IMG/VR virus record: IMGVR_UViG_3300033067_002195
Span: 1-45,820 of that record
Source: a virus
Lineage: Duplodnaviria > Caudoviricetes
Direction: 5' to 3' (one strand)
DNA: 45,820 nucleotides
Shown: positions 24,619 through 35,722 of the stretch, one piece after another
How the letters are laid out: each line of letters begins with the position of its first letter
Numbering within the stretch: the first letter of the stretch is position 1
Position numbers and translations under genes: made by a program
Notes under the pieces: generated by a model
Seen by the model: only the letters and a program-made list of their open reading frames with translations
What the model was told of the DNA's origin: nothing
Databases searched by the model: none

Positions 24619-25002
24619 ATGCCACAAGACACCCCCTTTACACCTTTTTCTGGCCCTCCTTACAAGATCAGTGAAATTAATAATATTAATAATCATTTTT
24701 TAGAATATAAATTTGGAATAGACCTAATTCAAGAACTTATATTAGAAGACCATGATCAAGGAAATTTTACAGCCTTTTGTGTTACACCAGCTTACCCAGA
24801 CGGAGTGCATATAAACACAGAGGTAGGAGCAACAGATTACAAATTGGATTACAAAAAGAGAACTGCTATCCTTTACATTCCTGACGATTCCAATTCTTTA
24901 AACCCAGCTCCTAAAATTGGCCACTACACCTGTCAGTTTAAATTCGTACTACCAGAGGGAACGTTTTTATCTGATTCAATAGAATTTGATTTAAAAAATT
25001 AA
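24619..25002 (+). CDS. counter-oriented moron-like hypothetical protein
   Basis: Only substantial + ORF in the late region, in its own AT-rich gap with TGTTATAAT at 24578-24586. Confidence 0.7.
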   Translation: MPQDTPFTPFSGPPYKISEINNINNHFLEYKFGIDLIQELILEDHDQGNFTAFCVTPAYPDGVHINTEVGATDYKLDYKKRTAILYIPDDSNSLNPAPKIGHYTCQFKFVLPEGTFLSDSIEFDLKN

Positions 25003-28000
25003 AGTTTAATTTTTGACTTTCCGCTTAAACGCTTAGGAACTTTAAATGGCTTCTCTTTAGCCGGCTGTGCTCCGTAAGTTTGAACACCAAAACCAACAGT
25101 ATTTAGTAGCCCAAGTGGTAATAAATACGGATCTTCCTGATACAAGTCATAAAGGTCACGACCAACCATCGGAATAACCCGATTCAAAACTTCCTGCCCA
25201 ATTCCTTTAGGTGTCCTAGTAGATTCTCCATCATAATTAGATCCTCTTGCAAGCCCTATAACAAACGATGTTAAGGGGCTTGTTTTTGATTCAAACTGCC
25301 TTGCAGCAATATCTAAAAATGTCATTGGTTTATACCCTTCACCTAATGTATATTCTTTACCTGTAGTAGAACTAATATAAGTATTAGTTAAAAGCTGCGC
25401 CGACATTCTAATATATTGTTGAAAACCACCCATAATATCTATTCTAGTGTTACCTATTTTAATCTTGCCAAAATCAGCACTCCTGGGGTCAGCCCCTATA
25501 TCCAAACCAGATGCCTTAGCCAATCCTAAAATAGTCATTGTCGCGCTACCATAAGCCAACATAGATTTTAATGCTTCACGCCTAATAAATGGATCTGATT
25601 TATAGTAATAAACCGGATTTAATAAAGATAACCTAGACATCATTAAACGAGGAGAAAAGAATAAAGCATTTAAAAGTGGAGCCGCTTTTTCATATTTCCC
25701 TAAGCTTCCTCGTCCTGTTAAATTATTTACCAACTTTGCAATTTCAGGGCCTAAGTAATCACCTGTTGTCCTTGGGTTAAGACCAATTCTTTCAGCATCG
25801 TTTAAAAGGGATGTAAAAACATCCATCCTAAGTTTATTAGCCATTCCAGTATAAGCGCGAGAAGAAATTTTCACACCTTTGCCTAAAAGTGGAATTTTCT
25901 CCGCAAAACTAGACATAAAATTTTCTTCCCTATGCCCCATCTTTGAACCCAAGTCGGTAAAGGCCAATCCAGCTTTTTGCGCCATGTCAAAATCAGGATT
26001 CTTCATAACTAAATCCATAGCGTTTTCAAAACCTTTTTCCGTCAACATACTAAATTGATCCTTAAAAGCTTTGGCAAAAATAATAGGATGTCTATACGCT
26101 GTTACTAACCCCTGTCTTAAACCAAACGAAAAGTCAAAGCTGGACATTAAAGCTCTTGGCATATTTAAAACTTCACCAAATATTTCAGATTTTGTTAGTG
26201 GTGTCTCATCAGAAATAATCTTAATTAAATTCTGTCCTTGTTTAAATATTTCGTACTTAGCATCTTTTGGAAGCTGTTGAATAAACTCTGACTGTCTAAT
26301 AATCTTTTGGGCTAAGTCATCACTCATAGAAACAAGTCCAAGTTTTTCAGCCATTTTCTCCCTTAACTGAGTTTTATTAAACGCGCCTAAATTAGATAGT
26401 TCTACAATCTGCTGCACAAAAGTTTTGTTATTTCTAATTGCCCTGTCAGCAAAAATAGTTTTAAGAGCAGATTCTTTTCTAGTCGCAACAAGTTCATCAA
26501 ACCTAGTTTGAATTTTTTGTGTTAAATCTCGCGCCTCTTTAAAAGGCACATTAGCTTGTTCCACTAATTTTGTGGTTAAGTCTTTTCCAGCAGCGTCAGC
26601 AACAGTATAATGTTCGCGAATAAGCTTACTTAAATCAGTACCCTTTAATCCTTGTTTAACCGCCATTCCAATTTGACTCTCAGCTACAGGTAAAGCCGCA
26701 TGGGTAGCTTCCCCACTAAGTAAAGTCTTATTAAAATATTTATCAAGCAATGCCAACGCTTCTGGCTTATCTTTCCACTGCTTTCTAACAAGATCTTGAG
26801 CCTGTAGCCAAGTTTCTTTATAAGCATTTTTATCCCGTAAAGCTTGTCCAATTAAATCAATGGCATTACGTGGAGGAGTCTTGCCTTTTTTTGGTAATTG
26901 TTCCTGAGCTAACTTATAAAGCGTACTAATCATATCCTTCACCGGATTTGGTTGCTTTGCTTTATAATACGGAGTAATCCTAGCAGCTAACTCTTCCGCA
27001 GGAGGAATTGTTCTATTAGCAATCTTTTGTTCTAACGTAGTAGGCTTTGGAAGTTTTATTTCTTTAATAACCTTATCTACTACATCCTCATGAATTTTAT
27101 TAAAAGAATTTTCTAAATTACCTAATTTACCTTCAAAGTTAGGAGCAATAGTATCATTAACTTTTTGTATTCCTCGCTCCGCAAAAACCATAGCGTTAGC
27201 AGGGTCGCCTAAATCAGCGCCCAAAGTTCTATAAGCTTGAGTTGCTTGTCCTAACTCAGTCCCCCGTTTTGCAAGCACAGAAGACATACTTTTAGCTTCC
27301 GCAATATTCCCAGCTTTAATAGCATCTTTCAAATACATTATTTTTGCTATTGTAGACTCAGCAGAGTTTTCAGAAGACCTAACTAAAGTATTAAATTTCT
27401 CCGGCTCCATTATAGACATAGCGCGAACAACAGCAATATCGTCCTTGTTCACATGCGGATGGTAATTATCAACTACATCTTGAAATATTATTTGAGTCTC
27501 AACGCTTTCTTTAAGCGAAGTCATAAATCCACGCTCTTTTACATAATCTCCTGGCTGTGATATATCTACTTTATGTGTTATATCAGATTTTTCAAGTCCT
27601 GATTGCAGTGGAGTTAATTTGTTTCCTGGTATGGGGGTTTTACCAATCTGTCCACCAGTAGACCCAAGCAAGTCTCCAATATACCCACCTTGCCCAACTA
27701 ACTTCTGTGCATGTTCTGGTGTAAGTCCTCTATCAACTAATTCCTGTAATAACTGCTTTTGAATAAAAGTAGTTTTATTTTTTGCTATAGCTAATCCTGC
27801 ACCGCCTGCACCCAACCCAGCTCCCAATGCTCCTCCAAAAACTCCGCCTATAACAAAATCTTTAGCATTATCAGTCCAATTTTTATCTTCTTGTAAAGAA
27901 GTGCCTAAATTACTAAAACTACCAACAATTGCGCCTTGAGCTGCGCTTTTTTTTATTGTATTCCATAAAGCACCACGAACTAACTTGTCCGTAATATTTA

Positions 28001-28706
28001 CCCCATCTTTAATAGACTGAATAGCGACATCATTTAAAATATTTCTTCCAACACCAACAATTTTTTCTGGAGCATATAGCCACGAAGCCGCGGAAAGACC
28101 CTGTCCAGCTATTTGTTTAATGCCAGCCAAGCCTGTTTTCTGAGGTTCAATACTAAAACCACCTGGAATATTAATTGACTGTTCGCTCCCAGCTCCTGAA
28201 AAATCTTCCAGTCCTTTTTGTGGAAAAGCCTCATTTAAAACCTGTCCAATTCTTACTCCGGGAGTAATAATTAAATCTTTTATAGGAGACCTAATTAAAT
28301 CTAGTAATATTTCACTGTTACTTTTTTCTTCCCAAGCAATTTGGTCAGGGGTTTTTTCAACTGTTGTAAACGTGCTTGGCAAAAGTGAAGCAGTAGTAGA
28401 TTCCGGAGTTTTTGACGGGGTAGGTATATCCATAGTAGGACGAGGAACAGGAGTATTATTCCACCCAACAACACCAGAAATAGTTGTATTGGGTTGAGCT
28501 TGGACAGCACCGGATATTTTTTTAGAAGGTTGTGATTGCACTACACCAGAAATTGTTGCGTTGGGTTGCGCTTGGACAACTTTAATACTAGGTTGTGGGT
28601 AATTTGACACAGCCTTTGCACCACCGGGGACAACCATAGGCGGCCTTATATCAGTTGGAAGAACTAAAGGAGGTCTAGTATCCATACTATGAATTAATTT
28701 TTTCAA
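24999..28706 (-). CDS. large internal virion / DNA ejection protein
   Basis: 1235 aa, helical, Gly/Ala-rich membrane-like segment, position after tail genes. Confidence 0.7.
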   Translation of the reverse strand: MKKLIHSMDTRPPLVLPTDIRPPMVVPGGAKAVSNYPQPSIKVVQAQPNATISGVVQSQPSKKISGAVQAQPNTTISGVVGWNNTPVPRPTMDIPTPSKTPESTTASLLPSTFTTVEKTPDQIAWEEKSNSEILLDLIRSPIKDLIITPGVRIGQVLNEAFPQKGLEDFSGAGSEQSINIPGGFSIEPQKTGLAGIKQIAGQGLSAASWLYAPEKIVGVGRNILNDVAIQSIKDGVNITDKLVRGALWNTIKKSAAQGAIVGSFSNLGTSLQEDKNWTDNAKDFVIGGVFGGALGAGLGAGGAGLAIAKNKTTFIQKQLLQELVDRGLTPEHAQKLVGQGGYIGDLLGSTGGQIGKTPIPGNKLTPLQSGLEKSDITHKVDISQPGDYVKERGFMTSLKESVETQIIFQDVVDNYHPHVNKDDIAVVRAMSIMEPEKFNTLVRSSENSAESTIAKIMYLKDAIKAGNIAEAKSMSSVLAKRGTELGQATQAYRTLGADLGDPANAMVFAERGIQKVNDTIAPNFEGKLGNLENSFNKIHEDVVDKVIKEIKLPKPTTLEQKIANRTIPPAEELAARITPYYKAKQPNPVKDMISTLYKLAQEQLPKKGKTPPRNAIDLIGQALRDKNAYKETWLQAQDLVRKQWKDKPEALALLDKYFNKTLLSGEATHAALPVAESQIGMAVKQGLKGTDLSKLIREHYTVADAAGKDLTTKLVEQANVPFKEARDLTQKIQTRFDELVATRKESALKTIFADRAIRNNKTFVQQIVELSNLGAFNKTQLREKMAEKLGLVSMSDDLAQKIIRQSEFIQQLPKDAKYEIFKQGQNLIKIISDETPLTKSEIFGEVLNMPRALMSSFDFSFGLRQGLVTAYRHPIIFAKAFKDQFSMLTEKGFENAMDLVMKNPDFDMAQKAGLAFTDLGSKMGHREENFMSSFAEKIPLLGKGVKISSRAYTGMANKLRMDVFTSLLNDAERIGLNPRTTGDYLGPEIAKLVNNLTGRGSLGKYEKAAPLLNALFFSPRLMMSRLSLLNPVYYYKSDPFIRREALKSMLAYGSATMTILGLAKASGLDIGADPRSADFGKIKIGNTRIDIMGGFQQYIRMSAQLLTNTYISSTTGKEYTLGEGYKPMTFLDIAARQFESKTSPLTSFVIGLARGSNYDGESTRTPKGIGQEVLNRVIPMVGRDLYDLYQEDPYLLPLGLLNTVGFGVQTYGAQPAKEKPFKVPKRLSGKSKIKL

Positions 28707-30210
28707 TTAAAGCCTGCATTAAATCTTGATCAGAGTTACCAGCACTTTTCAAAGGTGATACTTTAGAAATTAAACTACTAATATATTTATCAACAGCATT
28801 ATCAGTATTTTTATCAGATTTAAAACCCGCTTTTTTAGCCGACGCACTTAGGACTTCCCTTGGAAAATTCTGCCAAATCCAAGGCTCGAAATCTACTTGT
28901 CCATAAGTTGAATTAGGCTGCGTAGCTTTATTAGAAGTCACCCCACCCATAACATCTCTAACTGCCTTACTCTGACTATCATTTAAATTAAAACCTTTCA
29001 AAATTTCATCTATTGAATAACCATTATTTAAATTAGTTTGAATAGCAGATGTTTGAGTATTAGTTAAACCGGCAGCCAAAAGCCTACCAGTATCACTGGA
29101 TGAAAACTTAAATTTATTACTGGTTGTACTACCTACTGGAGGCCTTACCTGATCTTTATAAATTTTACTATATTGCATAGCCTTCTGCGCTTGATCAGCC
29201 GTCATGGTTGGAAAAACTGTATCAGGATATTTTTTAGCAAGATCAGAAACATAATCAGCAGAGGCCTTAGAGTTTCCATCAATTACTTGTACTTGAGACC
29301 AGTCTGTAATCTGACTAGCATCCACAGGTTGACCGGTTGCCGTATTTATAACCTGATTACCTATCTGGTAAAGACCTTTTGATATACCATTATTAATCGC
29401 AAATTCCCTTGAGGATTGAGCATCTTTCATTAAAGACTGAGACTTTTGAAATTCATCCATCTGCTGTTGTCTTTGTTCCCCTTGAAATTTTAATACCATA
29501 TTCAAATAATCTTGCTGTCTATCATAAATCTGCTTTTCAGCTTCTTTAGCATTTTTAACCTTAGCCTCAGCTAAAGCAAAATCTTTATCTTCATAAGCAG
29601 ACTGAGCCAAAGCAATATTAGATTGTCTTTGATTAAACAAATTATCCATTTCTAATTTATGGGTCTGCTCAAGACTATTCAATTTAAGCTTTAAGTCTTC
29701 CTCTGTTAAAGCATTAGCTCCATACGGAGTATCGTTTAAAAGCTGTAAACGTTTTTGATATGGCTCAACTGTTTTAGCATAATTAGCTTCTTTAGTAGCC
29801 TTAGCCGTATCATATTCAGCACTAAGTCTATCCAATTCAGCTTGTTTCCTCTTCTCTAACTGCGACTGCCTGTCTTCATAAACTTTATTTATATCAGTTG
29901 AATTTGAATTGTCAGTTTTGTATAAACCAGATAAAAGAGTGCTTAAGTCCGAAGTACCCGACTGAACATTGTTTATGTTATTCCCTAAATTATTAACAGC
30001 TTGGTCAATAGGAGTAGAAGAGTTGGTAACGGAAGTATTATTAAAAGTCGAGCCATTAGAGGCATCAAAAACAGAGACAGAGGGTTTATAAGTCTGACTA
30101 CCTTCACTTGATCCTGTAATAGTTGCCGTTCCTGTATTTAGTGCTCCCTGAAAAGCCGCTGAGGTATCCCCAGAATTTAACTTAGCCATTTGTTCTGCTG
30201 TTAAAGCCAT
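28687..30210 (-). CDS. putative DNA ejection / pilot protein
   Basis: Q/A-rich coiled coil with low-complexity N-terminus; position. Confidence 0.6.
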   Translation of the reverse strand: MALTAEQMAKLNSGDTSAAFQGALNTGTATITGSSEGSQTYKPSVSVFDASNGSTFNNTSVTNSSTPIDQAVNNLGNNINNVQSGTSDLSTLLSGLYKTDNSNSTDINKVYEDRQSQLEKRKQAELDRLSAEYDTAKATKEANYAKTVEPYQKRLQLLNDTPYGANALTEEDLKLKLNSLEQTHKLEMDNLFNQRQSNIALAQSAYEDKDFALAEAKVKNAKEAEKQIYDRQQDYLNMVLKFQGEQRQQQMDEFQKSQSLMKDAQSSREFAINNGISKGLYQIGNQVINTATGQPVDASQITDWSQVQVIDGNSKASADYVSDLAKKYPDTVFPTMTADQAQKAMQYSKIYKDQVRPPVGSTTSNKFKFSSSDTGRLLAAGLTNTQTSAIQTNLNNGYSIDEILKGFNLNDSQSKAVRDVMGGVTSNKATQPNSTYGQVDFEPWIWQNFPREVLSASAKKAGFKSDKNTDNAVDKYISSLISKVSPLKSAGNSDQDLMQALIEKINS

Positions 30211-30235
30211 ATAATAAGTTTAATAAATTAAAAAT

Positions 30236-30805
30236 TTATTCTGCAAAAAATAATGAATTATCAATTGAAGCACCACTAGAGAACACTGCCTTGAAAGCTA
30301 AATCTCCATCAAGTCCAACAATATCGGTACCACTCGCTAAAACGCCAGTAAGCGTCGAATCATTTCTATAAAAGAACGCACCATCAGAATAAAGATTATA
30401 ATCATACGTGTCTGGGTCAGGAAAAGAATTACTTGCTCCTGCCGGCAATTTAAATTTGCCGTTACTACTACCACTTGAATCAGCTAATGCGATTGCGACA
30501 TAGGTTTTAGTGGAATCTAACGTTATACTAGGACTAAACGTAGCTAACTCTACTGAACCTGAGGGGGTAAATAAACTGCTGGCAAACAAAGCACTGCCGG
30601 TTACTTGGCTCGTTCCTGTATTAAATTCATATATATAAAGCTTAAAAGTACAAGTAGCTGCCAAATTAATCTGAAAAGTCCATTCACTCAACACTACATC
30701 ACTAGCGCTCGGGGCTTTAAAGGTTTGGGCAAAAATAGGAGTAGATAATTTGCCAAAAGTACCCACTAAATCTCCACCCGCATTAGTAATATCAATTGTC
30801 GTCAT
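30236..30805 (-). CDS. beta-sandwich virion protein
   Basis: AQTF..., Y.DG...DLAF.. pattern; tail region. Confidence 0.55.
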   Translation of the reverse strand: MTTIDITNAGGDLVGTFGKLSTPIFAQTFKAPSASDVVLSEWTFQINLAATCTFKLYIYEFNTGTSQVTGSALFASSLFTPSGSVELATFSPSITLDSTKTYVAIALADSSGSSNGKFKLPAGASNSFPDPDTYDYNLYSDGAFFYRNDSTLTGVLASGTDIVGLDGDLAFKAVFSSGASIDNSLFFAE

Positions 30806-31413
30806 GACGTAGTGTAATTAGGTGATTGTAATCCATCATATAAACTTTCTTTTCCAGAATAAATAAATGTGTAGATGTCCTTTTTTCCTGATGTTGCAGT
30901 TGCTGTGGGTGTAGTACCGGCAGACCACCTTACTGTTGAAGGGAAAGTGGGAGTATAAGCACCAGCAAGATGTAAGACGTATCTTCTACCTGACACAGGG
31001 TTTGAAAAAGTCAGTGTCACACTTCCTGTCATAGTGGCATATTGAGTTGTCCCTTTACTCCAATCAATTGTAGCTGTCCCTGAAATATTTCCATTATCAT
31101 ACTCAGTAGGATCTACTGAAGTATACATCCACGTATTTGTCTTGTTGGAGTACCAATAAAATCTTTTAACTATAGGAGATGTGACAGAATCAACATAGAT
31201 CTTAAACTGATCATAAAACCTTGTAGGAGTGAAAGATGGAATTGTGGTAACAGTTTCCGCTAAATCTTTTAAATCAATCAAACTATTTAATCCATTTTCT
31301 CTAAAAGTATCCCTAGCTTCTTTTTTGGTAACAAGATCCGAATCAACAGGCAAATTATATTGGACGAACTCTTCGTCACTTTTCTTATTTAATTGTTCTT
31401 CTATTGTACCCAT
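30802..31413 (-). CDS. tail fibre/tail-associated protein
   Basis: TIDWSKG.....MTGSVTLTFSNP...W..GT.PT....DIYTF C-terminal domain common in fibre proteins. Confidence 0.65.
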   Translation of the reverse strand: MGTIEEQLNKKSDEEFVQYNLPVDSDLVTKKEARDTFRENGLNSLIDLKDLAETVTTIPSFTPTRFYDQFKIYVDSVTSPIVKRFYWYSNKTNTWMYTSVDPTEYDNGNISGTATIDWSKGTTQYATMTGSVTLTFSNPVSGRRYVLHLAGAYTPTFPSTVRWSAGTTPTATATSGKKDIYTFIYSGKESLYDGLQSPNYTTS

Positions 31414-31434
31414 ATTAATTCTATTTATTACGAA

Positions 31435-32982
31435 CTAGTCAGATAAAATTTCAATAGTTACCTCAATAGGAAAAGCAACAGGTAGTAAAGCAGTTCCTCC
31501 AAAAACAAGTCCTATAAAAAAATTATGTTGTCCTAAAATATTACATTTGATAGAAGCATTTCTTTCAGAATTTAAAAAATTTGTATTATTAATAGTATCT
31601 AAAGCAGTGGAACTACTGGCATCGTCAACATATACTGTAGGTACAATACTCATGTTTGCGGCAACAGCATCAGCTAAAGGAAATCTAATTTTGACAATTT
31701 CAAATGGCTGTCCAATATTAACCATTTCAAAATATAAAGTACTACCAAAAGTTGCTGTAGAACTTGGTTTATCTATTCCAAAAGCCGAGGGAGTATCCGT
31801 CCTCCACCCAATAATAGGTCTTGCCCTATCAGTACCTTGTTCTAAAAATTTTAAAGCTGTTATAAGAGGTAAAGTCCCAGTGCCTGTAATTTTTCCAATA
31901 TTATGCAAAGCTTTAGAAGGCAGCGCAGGATTAAAATACCCCCTTGAAAATATACTAGCTGTGGTAGAAGGAAAAGACGTTGTTCCTGCCCATATAAGTC
32001 TATTTCCCACAGCATCTACAGCTCCTTGAGAAGGGGGGAGACTTCCTTCTATATGTTCAACTGATTCAAATTGATTACCTCCAACATACCTAGATAATCT
32101 AGTTCCACTATTTATAGAACCAGACCAAACATAAGGCACCCCATTATGAGTATAAATTGCTGTAGCGAGAGGGTCAGATAATGAAACTTTTCTATATGGT
32201 TTAGGAGAAAAAGTATCCCATAAAAACATTACGGCATTATCCATGCGAATAGAGGATGAACTAGAATAAGTAGAACTAGTGATGCAAACTATTGCCAAAT
32301 CTGACCCGTAACTTTCAAAACAAACAGGCATAAAACCAACAGGTAAAGTTAAAGCTGCCGCAGTTGAACCTGTGTCTGTGCCACCAGTAGGAGATGTCTG
32401 TATAAAATTAACTGTTCCAGTATTTCCATTAAAATCTAAAAAATACAACTTTCCATAATGCTCATGAAATTGACCTAATGGATAAGTTACCCCACGTAAA
32501 CTTATACTGCCACTACCTGATAAAGAAGACTTGCCAAAAGTAGATGTCCAGACAGTATTAGACAAGGAAGGACTTCCACTAATTGCCCCATACCTCGATA
32601 TATCTCCACCAGTCCTTAAATATATATAATCATTATAATAAGCAGCTCCCCAACCATTTCCTGATGTTGGAGTACCTATAGAAGTTTCGCTCCCTAACGA
32701 TGAGCTATAGCTTACAAACCTACCACCTGCTAAATAAGCATATAAAGTTGCATTTTGTGGAACAGTTACGAACCAATTAGGAGCACTATCTATATTAGTT
32801 GAAGAGAATTTCTCATATCGAGTAGGAATAATAATTCCAGATGGTTTAGATAAAGTTGAATTAACTCTGTCTTCCGGATCTATAGCTATAGATGACAAAA
32901 ACTGACCCTCTTGTCCTACGTAGATAGAAGGAGTTTGTCCTCCTAAAATTGATTTAATTTTATAAACTACAGTTTTAGACAT
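31435..32982 (-). CDS. putative tail nozzle (beta-propeller) protein
   Basis: Beta-rich, 515 aa, follows adaptor-like gene as in podoviruses. Confidence 0.6.
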   Translation of the reverse strand: MSKTVVYKIKSILGGQTPSIYVGQEGQFLSSIAIDPEDRVNSTLSKPSGIIIPTRYEKFSSTNIDSAPNWFVTVPQNATLYAYLAGGRFVSYSSSLGSETSIGTPTSGNGWGAAYYNDYIYLRTGGDISRYGAISGSPSLSNTVWTSTFGKSSLSGSGSISLRGVTYPLGQFHEHYGKLYFLDFNGNTGTVNFIQTSPTGGTDTGSTAAALTLPVGFMPVCFESYGSDLAIVCITSSTYSSSSSIRMDNAVMFLWDTFSPKPYRKVSLSDPLATAIYTHNGVPYVWSGSINSGTRLSRYVGGNQFESVEHIEGSLPPSQGAVDAVGNRLIWAGTTSFPSTTASIFSRGYFNPALPSKALHNIGKITGTGTLPLITALKFLEQGTDRARPIIGWRTDTPSAFGIDKPSSTATFGSTLYFEMVNIGQPFEIVKIRFPLADAVAANMSIVPTVYVDDASSSTALDTINNTNFLNSERNASIKCNILGQHNFFIGLVFGGTALLPVAFPIEVTIEILSD

Positions 32983-32984
32983 AA

Positions 32985-34175
32985 TTAATCAAAATTATAA
33001 TAATCCGTCTCTTCTAAAAGAGCCTCACTAGGACAAGTCTGTTTATATTTTTTTACCATTTCCACGCCCTCTTCTCGCGCAATTTTCCAATCTTCACCAT
33101 ATTCCCTAATCCCTAAAGATAATTCTGCTATACATTCCTCCACAACAATATCAAATTCTTCTGTGTCCAAATTTAGATAGTCGGTAGTTACTGTAGAATT
33201 TTCTATCCAGGTGCCTCCACTGGTCTGCCAAAGATACTTACTGTAATAAATTAGATTATTTATTTGTCCCAATTTCACAATAATATGATCAAACCTATAA
33301 TCAGTTTCACTAACTTTTCCAGATGCTTTCGTCATATAGATAGCTCCATAAACGCAAGAAGCATCCACTGGGGTACCAGTTGTAGTTTTTCCGGAAAAAT
33401 CAAACCTAAGTAAGTTCCAGCCGGCAACAAAAGCCGTGCCTTCATTAGTGGTAGTAGCTGTCATTTCATAATAATTTGAGCTGTCCGACCCTAAACGAAG
33501 GTTATAATTAGTAATATTTGTAGTAGAAGTTATTTTGACCCAAACAAAAGCACTGCCTGCACTTTTATAACTAGTCAAATCGAACACGGGAATATCAGAA
33601 GCCTGTATTCCAAATGTCGTTCCGCCGGCTGACGATATGTCAGCTTTAATAGAACCAGAACCTTTTACAAAATCGTAAGAATCTAAAACAATATTAGTTG
33701 CATCACCAAACGCAGACCATGAGCCACCACTAGTCAAAGAATCTAAAGATGAGACTGTAAATCCATTATCATTTACACGAACAGAAGCCAATAACTTTCT
33801 AACCATATCTCGATCAGTAAAAGACAATAAATTATCACGACTTTGCTTCAATTGGTCAAAGTTTTCTTCCGGTACAAGCTTATAAACCGTAAATCTTGAC
33901 CTGTCTAAAGTCTGAGGCTGTATGCCAATAATTTTTTTGCCTTTTAAATCAGTTGGACAATTATATTGGTATATATCATTAAATAAATTAGGAGCAACCA
34001 AGCTCTTACGTTTTGTTGAACGAAAATCAATTTTCGAAGAAGCCTTTCTAACACCTCTATTTAACCCAACCAAAATAGATGCTGAATTTGTTCCAGCACC
34101 GGCTATTTGCCCCAACTGATTATGAAGTCTAACCTTAACCGCGTTAGACAAATCTACTTGAGTATATACAGGCAT
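32985..34175 (-). CDS. putative head-tail adaptor with inserted beta domain
   Basis: Helical N-terminus LN.....; Y.CP.D motif; helical C-terminus; long central beta insert. Confidence 0.55.
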   Translation of the reverse strand: MPVYTQVDLSNAVKVRLHNQLGQIAGAGTNSASILVGLNRGVRKASSKIDFRSTKRKSLVAPNLFNDIYQYNCPTDLKGKKIIGIQPQTLDRSRFTVYKLVPEENFDQLKQSRDNLLSFTDRDMVRKLLASVRVNDNGFTVSSLDSLTSGGSWSAFGDATNIVLDSYDFVKGSGSIKADISSAGGTTFGIQASDIPVFDLTSYKSAGSAFVWVKITSTTNITNYNLRLGSDSSNYYEMTATTTNEGTAFVAGWNLLRFDFSGKTTTGTPVDASCVYGAIYMTKASGKVSETDYRFDHIIVKLGQINNLIYYSKYLWQTSGGTWIENSTVTTDYLNLDTEEFDIVVEECIAELSLGIREYGEDWKIAREEGVEMVKKYKQTCPSEALLEETDYYNFD

Positions 34176-34182
34176 AGTTATA

Positions 34183-35211
34183 TTATTTTAATTCACTTAG
34201 AATATCATATTTAGCTTCAGTAATCATCTTCATCATAGCCTTTAGTTTATCATTGATAGACTCTAAATCCTTTTCTTGAATCTTACTCATAAACTGAGAC
34301 ATTCTTCTATCCATATCAGTCTGAGTAGATAAAGTGTCTCCATATTTCACAAGCATTTCATTTAAACCGACTACACCATTCTTAATCTCAGTCACTGCTT
34401 TTATAGAAGAACCTATTTCATCTATTACTTTATTAGTAGCTGAGTCTATTTTTGTTTTAAAAGACCCTACCGTTGTAGTGAATTCTGTAACAATCGGTTT
34501 CAATTCTGTAACAATCGGTTTCAATTCTGTAACTAAACCTTCAACCTTTAATCCAACTGATTTTATATCTTTACTTAAATCCTTAGGTTTAGGAATACTA
34601 GATATGGCCCCCAAAACTTCATCTGTCCTGTCAGCCATTTTCACCGAATCCATTTTTTCCATCATAGGAACTAAGTCCATCATCACCTTATCTGTTGCCG
34701 CATTAAATTCTGACTTAGAAAGTAAAGTTTCAGCCGCGGTCTTGTCGTTTTTAAGCACATAACCCCAGACTTCTTCAGCCAACTTCTTAACCTGCTCCAA
34801 TGACATACCTTTACCTTTTCCATACTGAATTACCCCTGAAGAAATCCCTATTTGATCAACATAACCACCAACTTTTAATTCCCCATATAAAGGATCGTTA
34901 CTAGCTGTTGAAGAAGTCACAGTTAGTAAAAAACATTCTTCTACAAACTGCGAAGTGTGGTTGGTAGTATCAAAATTATAATAATAAACACCAGGAGACA
35001 AACTGGAATTTAACTCCGTCATTGCACCCTGTCTAGTAGTCCAAGCAGACGACTTAAAAGTACTACTATTAAAATCAAAATACTTACCATCACTTTTACG
35101 GTAAATTTCTAATAAAACATCTGTTAGTCCAGTAACAGGGACACCTGAAGAATCCGCCATTGTAGCAAAAATTCTTTCAGTAGTTCCATATTTTACTCTT
35201 GTGCTTTCCAT
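34183..35211 (-). CDS. virion protein: Ig-like N-terminus plus coiled coil
   Basis: VTGLT...GVY motif; A.EVW; heptad repeats. Confidence 0.6.
   Translation of the reverse strand: MESTRVKYGTTERIFATMADSSGVPVTGLTDVLLEIYRKSDGKYFDFNSSTFKSSAWTTRQGAMTELNSSLSPGVYYYNFDTTNHTSQFVEECFLLTVTSSTASNDPLYGELKVGGYVDQIGISSGVIQYGKGKGMSLEQVKKLAEEVWGYVLKNDKTAAETLLSKSEFNAATDKVMMDLVPMMEKMDSVKMADRTDEVLGAISSIPKPKDLSKDIKSVGLKVEGLVTELKPIVTELKPIVTEFTTTVGSFKTKIDSATNKVIDEIGSSIKAVTEIKNGVVGLNEMLVKYGDTLSTQTDMDRRMSQFMSKIQEKDLESINDKLKAMMKMITEAKYDILSELK
34481..34533. repeat. 21-bp (one heptad) tandem duplication, 2.5 copies
   Basis: aattctgtaacaatcggtttc x2 + aattctgtaac (VTELKPI). Confidence 0.95.
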
Positions 35212-35225
35212 GGTAAGAAAATTAA

Positions 35226-35627
35226 TTACTCATTAATACCCTCAAAACCATAAACTTCTGCCCTAGACGTTCCATCCGTTGTCCTTACAACAGCTATTTG
35301 TAAATGAGTAATAGGTGTTTCAGGAGATAACCATAAAAACGCATCAGTGGCTGACGACAAGGTCTTCCCGGCAACTCTAGTTAACCCTTGTACATTAGAG
35401 TTTGTAACATTGTCTAATACTGTGTTTAATGGATAGAGAGACACTCCAGTGTCTGAGCCATTCTCCCCAAAACCACCCAAAAAGCTAAAAGCTGAACTGC
35501 CAGAAGTATGTAAAGTTCTTCTTAATAGTATACCAACTTTTTCGTAGTTACCTACAAAAATAGAGTTAGATGTTGCACTTGCAACAACATCATTTAACGC
35601 AAGTATCTTTTTTACCTGTAGGGACAT
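35226..35627 (-). CDS. beta-rich structural protein
   Basis: ORF track; structural module. Confidence 0.65.
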   Translation of the reverse strand: MSLQVKKILALNDVVASATSNSIFVGNYEKVGILLRRTLHTSGSSAFSFLGGFGENGSDTGVSLYPLNTVLDNVTNSNVQGLTRVAGKTLSSATDAFLWLSPETPITHLQIAVVRTTDGTSRAEVYGFEGINE

Positions 35628-35666
35628 AAAATTTATTATTTATCATTAATTATTTAATATTTATCT

Positions 35667-35691
35667 CTGGTTAAAAATAAATTTTAACCAG
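35667..35691. terminator. hairpin, possible terminator after capsid genes
   Basis: ctggttaaaa-ataaa-ttttaaccag in intergenic gap. Confidence 0.45.
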
Positions 35692-35722
35692 GAAAAATAT
35701 TCAATATTAAATTGTAAAAATA

